This document shows positions 33,623 through 36,491 of a DNA stretch of 36,491 bases, piece by piece. The position numbers and the translations under genes are program-made. The notes below the pieces were generated by a model. It was not told the DNA's origin and did not search any database. It was given only the letters and a program-made list of their open reading frames with translations. Location of the stretch: contig PBTG01000078.1 in NCBI GenBank assembly GCA_002726535.1, positions 1-36,491 of the forward strand, read 5' to 3'. The number at the start of each line of letters is the position of its first letter. The stretch's first letter is position 1. The DNA is from Myxococcales bacterium (GTDB lineage Bacteria > Myxococcota_A > UBA9042).

Positions 33623-35194
33623 ATGCTCAAGCTCGTGAATTTCTTTGAGCGCGCAGCCTCGATCAGCCTAATCACCACCGTCGCTTTGGCCTGTTTTGAG
33701 TCTACGGCGGCGTTGTTCGATCTCTTTGGCCAGCGTTGGACACCCATTGAAGTGGCGATGATTGTCGCTTGTGCGACTGCGCTACCTTTGTGTTGGCGCC
33801 ATCGCCGAGCACATTGGCGAGATCTTCGAGACGTTGGTTTGTTCTGTATCTGTGTGCTGATCAGCACCGTGATAAATGACCTTGGCTGGTCAGCCTCATT
33901 GCGGCTGATACTCTACGGGGGGCTGTGTATCGCGAGTGCGGTCGTTCACAGAGTTCTGCCCTCACTGCGAAACTCACTGCTTAGCGCGGCGGCCTGCGCG
34001 GCCACATGCAGCGCCCTAATCGGTCTGTGTGAACTGTCATGGCCCCAATGGCAAAGCCTTGAGTCTGTGCTGTCGATGTTCCGTGACAAAGCCACCATGG
34101 TCGACGGAGCGCGAAGGCTGACAGGGACATTTGCACACGCCAATTTGGCTGGTTTGAGTTTCGCGATGGTCCTGCCTGTGGTGGTAACCAGAGAGCGAAA
34201 ATTCTGGGTGATGATCACGTTGGTGGTGAGCACTGCGTTGATGGCAACCGGTAGCCGTGGAGCTTGGTTCGCTGCAGCAATTGGACTGACAATCTGTCAC
34301 CGCAGTCGATGGTCACCCACGATTGACCGGCTCAACTGGGCGGCGATTGCTGCCGCGGTCGTAATCGCTTTGTCGCTATGGCCGATGACTCGCCAACGGC
34401 TCGGTTGGCACATCTCCAAACCCCAATATGCCGCTGAACTTCATGGATCCAAAGTTGGAGACGGGCTGGTGGTTCGACTCACCAATAGTGGATGGCTGAA
34501 GTGGAGACATGCCGGGACGGATCCGGTGGTGGTCGAACTCATCGCGCTCGACGCAAAGGGCAATAATTCATCTACGAACCAAGTCACTTTGCTCCGGTCT
34601 GTGCCCAGCGACGAGACTTTACAGATGGTCGTCTCAGCCACCGATCTGCCCGCAGGCGCTCGCTATGTATCCATGCAGATGATGCAACGTGGTCTGCGCA
34701 ATTTCGGGCCGCGCGTCGTAGTGTCAACGAGCGAGTCCGGCACGGCACCGGCGGCGGCTCCGAAAGCTGCACCCACTCAAAGTACTCCCAAAGCAGCCAG
34801 TCGCGCTCGGTTGTGGCCGCTTGCCCTGCAACTGTGGTGGGAAAACCCGCTGTGGGGATTGGGCGCGGACCAATTCCGCAAACATTGGTCCCAACGAGCG
34901 CCTGATCTACACCCTGATGACCGCATGCACGCCAATCAATTGATCTTAGAGATGGCGGTAGACCTCGGGTTGATGGGCGTATTGGCTCTGATGTGGCTGA
35001 TCTATGGCGGCTTCAAAGGCGGACGAGATGGCGTCGTCTTGTCGATTCTGTGTGTCTGGCTGGCATTCGGTCTGTTGGACTGCCCTGTGTATTTTCACCA
35101 AGGTAGTGTCGCGCTTTGGATTTGGCTCGGGCTGCTTCGCGGCCGTTGTCCGCGAAAACAGACTCGTACCCAGGTCAATGTGACTGGGACATAA
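33623..35194 (+). CDS. O-antigen ligase (Wzy_C) family membrane protein with an inserted soluble domain
   Basis: Many TM segments; RLTGTFAHANLAG, TGSRGAW, RARLW...NPLWGLGADQF, HANQLILEMAVDLGLMG. Start at ATG 33623 avoids overlap with the divergent gene. Confidence 0.8.
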   Translation: MLKLVNFFERAASISLITTVALACFESTAALFDLFGQRWTPIEVAMIVACATALPLCWRHRRAHWRDLRDVGLFCICVLISTVINDLGWSASLRLILYGGLCIASAVVHRVLPSLRNSLLSAAACAATCSALIGLCELSWPQWQSLESVLSMFRDKATMVDGARRLTGTFAHANLAGLSFAMVLPVVVTRERKFWVMITLVVSTALMATGSRGAWFAAAIGLTICHRSRWSPTIDRLNWAAIAAAVVIALSLWPMTRQRLGWHISKPQYAAELHGSKVGDGLVVRLTNSGWLKWRHAGTDPVVVELIALDAKGNNSSTNQVTLLRSVPSDETLQMVVSATDLPAGARYVSMQMMQRGLRNFGPRVVVSTSESGTAPAAAPKAAPTQSTPKAASRARLWPLALQLWWENPLWGLGADQFRKHWSQRAPDLHPDDRMHANQLILEMAVDLGLMGVLALMWLIYGGFKGGRDGVVLSILCVWLAFGLLDCPVYFHQGSVALWIWLGLLRGRCPRKQTRTQVNVTGT

Positions 35195-35279
35195 CAGGTC
35201 GCCTGCACAGCCTTCGCTCAGTGCCAACCGGCTCGTTACAGAGGCTGCGATCCGAACAAGTTCAACAACCCGGTCAAGT

Positions 35280-36050
35280 TCACTGCTCGACTTTGTCGCC
35301 AGTCGACACACCGATTTCGGGGATTGGAAACTCCTCTTCGACGCCTAAGGCCGGCACACTTTGCACTTCAACCGCCGGAGCGATCCCCATCTTTGCCTTC
35401 AAAGCGGCTAGAGCATCATTGGTGCCGCTGTCGCTTTCCAGCGCCGCGAACTTGCCCTCGAGGTCTTCGCCGGTCATTTCAGCTGCCAAATCTGTTGCAG
35501 CCTCGGCTTCGGCCTCAATCTGCTCGACTTTTTCAGTCATCTCTCCAAAAGCGTCGAATGCGCTGTTGTCATTGAGCCCACCCATGGTCTGCTGGATGGA
35601 TTTTTGCGCTTCAGCTCGTTTGGCTCGAGCGATCAAGAGATCTTTTTTCCGTTTGGCCTCACCAATTTTCTGATTGAGCTTGTGCAAACTCTGACGTAGC
35701 TGTTCAGTCGCCTGCTTCTGGATTGTCCATTGCTTCTGCCACTGCGTTGCAAGTCCATCTTGCTCGGTCTTTCTTTCAAGTGCTTCGCGAGCCAAATCCT
35801 CTTTGCTGCTTTGCAAGGCCAGCATGGCTTTCTTTTCCCAATCTGCTGACGACTTTTGGGCCTGTATCATCTTCGCGTACAGGCGCTTTTCGTCGGCTAT
35901 CGCTACAGCCACCTGTTTTTTCGCGGTGATGAATTGCTCTCGCATGTCAATCAACAGTTGATTGAGAATCTTTTCCGGATCTTCCGCAGCCGAAACCATC
36001 GAGTTGATATTGGAGCGCAGCAAGCGTCCGATTCGCTGAAAAATACTCAT
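35280..36050 (-). CDS. pspA: PspA/IM30 (Vipp1, bacterial ESCRT-III) family protein, 256 aa
   Basis: MSIFQRIGRLLRSNINSMVSAAEDPEKILNQ amphipathic N-terminus, WEKKAMLAL, EDLAREAL, LLIARAKRAEA, LAALKAKM; ATG 36050 with AAGGA upstream. Confidence 0.92.
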   Translation of the reverse strand: MSIFQRIGRLLRSNINSMVSAAEDPEKILNQLLIDMREQFITAKKQVAVAIADEKRLYAKMIQAQKSSADWEKKAMLALQSSKEDLAREALERKTEQDGLATQWQKQWTIQKQATEQLRQSLHKLNQKIGEAKRKKDLLIARAKRAEAQKSIQQTMGGLNDNSAFDAFGEMTEKVEQIEAEAEAATDLAAEMTGEDLEGKFAALESDSGTNDALAALKAKMGIAPAVEVQSVPALGVEEEFPIPEIGVSTGDKVEQ

Positions 36051-36127
36051 TGAATATCCTTTGTCATGATTCGCTCCTTCGATAGAGCGCACAGGGTCAT
36101 TGTTGGGTATGTTCCGTTTGGGTGCAC

Positions 36128-36490
36128 TTAACTCAACAGTTCAGAGAGCACATCGTGATGCTCAACGATGGCCAAAGTCAGGGAGTCGACTGCTGCCAAG
36201 AACTCATTTTCATCGAGGTTCTCCGATTGCAGAACTTCCACAACGACGACAGCTGAGTCTTCGAGCGCATACGCGCCTTGGACCATATCCGAGCCGTTGA
36301 GTTGGAGCATTTTGCGAAAGAGCGCCGCCTCGTTGCTCGCCTCAAGATCGGGGAGGTCAAAGAGTTTGCAGCGAAATACGACCAGCGGATCGGTGTGTTG
36401 CACGACAATCTGAGCTCCGCCCCATGAGGAGTCATGGAGCACCCAGGTGCCTGGGGCAACCTCGCTCATGGGAATTTCACTACGGACGAT
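36128..36490 (-). CDS. YbjN / CesT-like (type III secretion chaperone fold) protein, probably 5'-truncated by the window edge
   Basis: Small acidic protein with LFRKMLQLN...VQGAYALED...LQSENLDENEF...LTLA. The frame is open to the window end (IVRSEIP precedes M at 36469). Confidence 0.68.
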   Translation of the reverse strand: MVRSEIPMSEVAPGTWVLHDSSWGGAQIVVQHTDPLVVFRCKLFDLPDLEASNEAALFRKMLQLNGSDMVQGAYALEDSAVVVVEVLQSENLDENEFLAAVDSLTLAIVEHHDVLSELLS

Positions 36491-36491
36491 A

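Noticed and set aside
11826-36092. Longest-ORF starts in the track (11927, 14606, 15434, 17103, 19364, 24558, 33599, 33617, 36092)
   Set aside because: Downstream starts have better RBS spacing, restore signal peptides or family N-termini, and remove implausible overlaps.
1-36491. Mobile element, prophage, tRNA/rRNA or anti-phage defence island
   Set aside because: No transposase, integrase, phage or nuclease motifs, no cloverleaf or rRNA-like sequence and no terminal repeats recognised. Composition looks uniform by eye apart from two short AT-rich promoter tracts.

Overview
A gene-dense chromosomal window with no rRNA, tRNA, CRISPR array, integrase or transposase that I can recognise. The gene content points to a Myxococcota-type (deltaproteobacterial) bacterium: a MYXO-CTERM-like tail, Cys-rich repeat lipoproteins with acidic linkers, and pilC-pilS-pilR-pilA order. 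A photolyase plus DUF2256 hints at a sunlit habitat (inference). Left to right: a minus-strand block (yqaA-like partial, hemB, Asp-box/MYXO-CTERM surface protein, speE-like, a 2570-aa lipoprotein, an MFS permease, a second Cys-rich propeller lipoprotein); a plus-strand block (nitronate monooxygenase, secreted transglutaminase-like protein, alr, ABC permease and ATPase); a long minus-strand block (clpB, RRM-RGG RNA-binding protein, pilA, pilR, pilS, pilC, photolyase/cryptochrome, DUF2256, CBM48-GH13 lipoprotein); an O-antigen-ligase-family gene; then pspA and a 5'-truncated YbjN/CesT-like gene. Most notable: (i) a modular stalk-plus-propeller surface system whose giant member has about 32 CDDGNxCT repeats, three RCC1-like propellers and a somatomedin-B-like C-terminus; (ii) an RRM protein with a long RGG and mixed-charge tail directly upstream of clpB; (iii) a pilin circuit readable in the DNA (sigma54 promoter, three GAC-N7-GTC boxes, structured 5'UTR, UUCG terminator), with pilS apparently starting at a CTG that overlaps the pilC stop and with pilB/pilT absent; (iv) PspA paired with a secretion-chaperone-fold protein. 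All family calls come from recognising motifs by eye; no searches were run.
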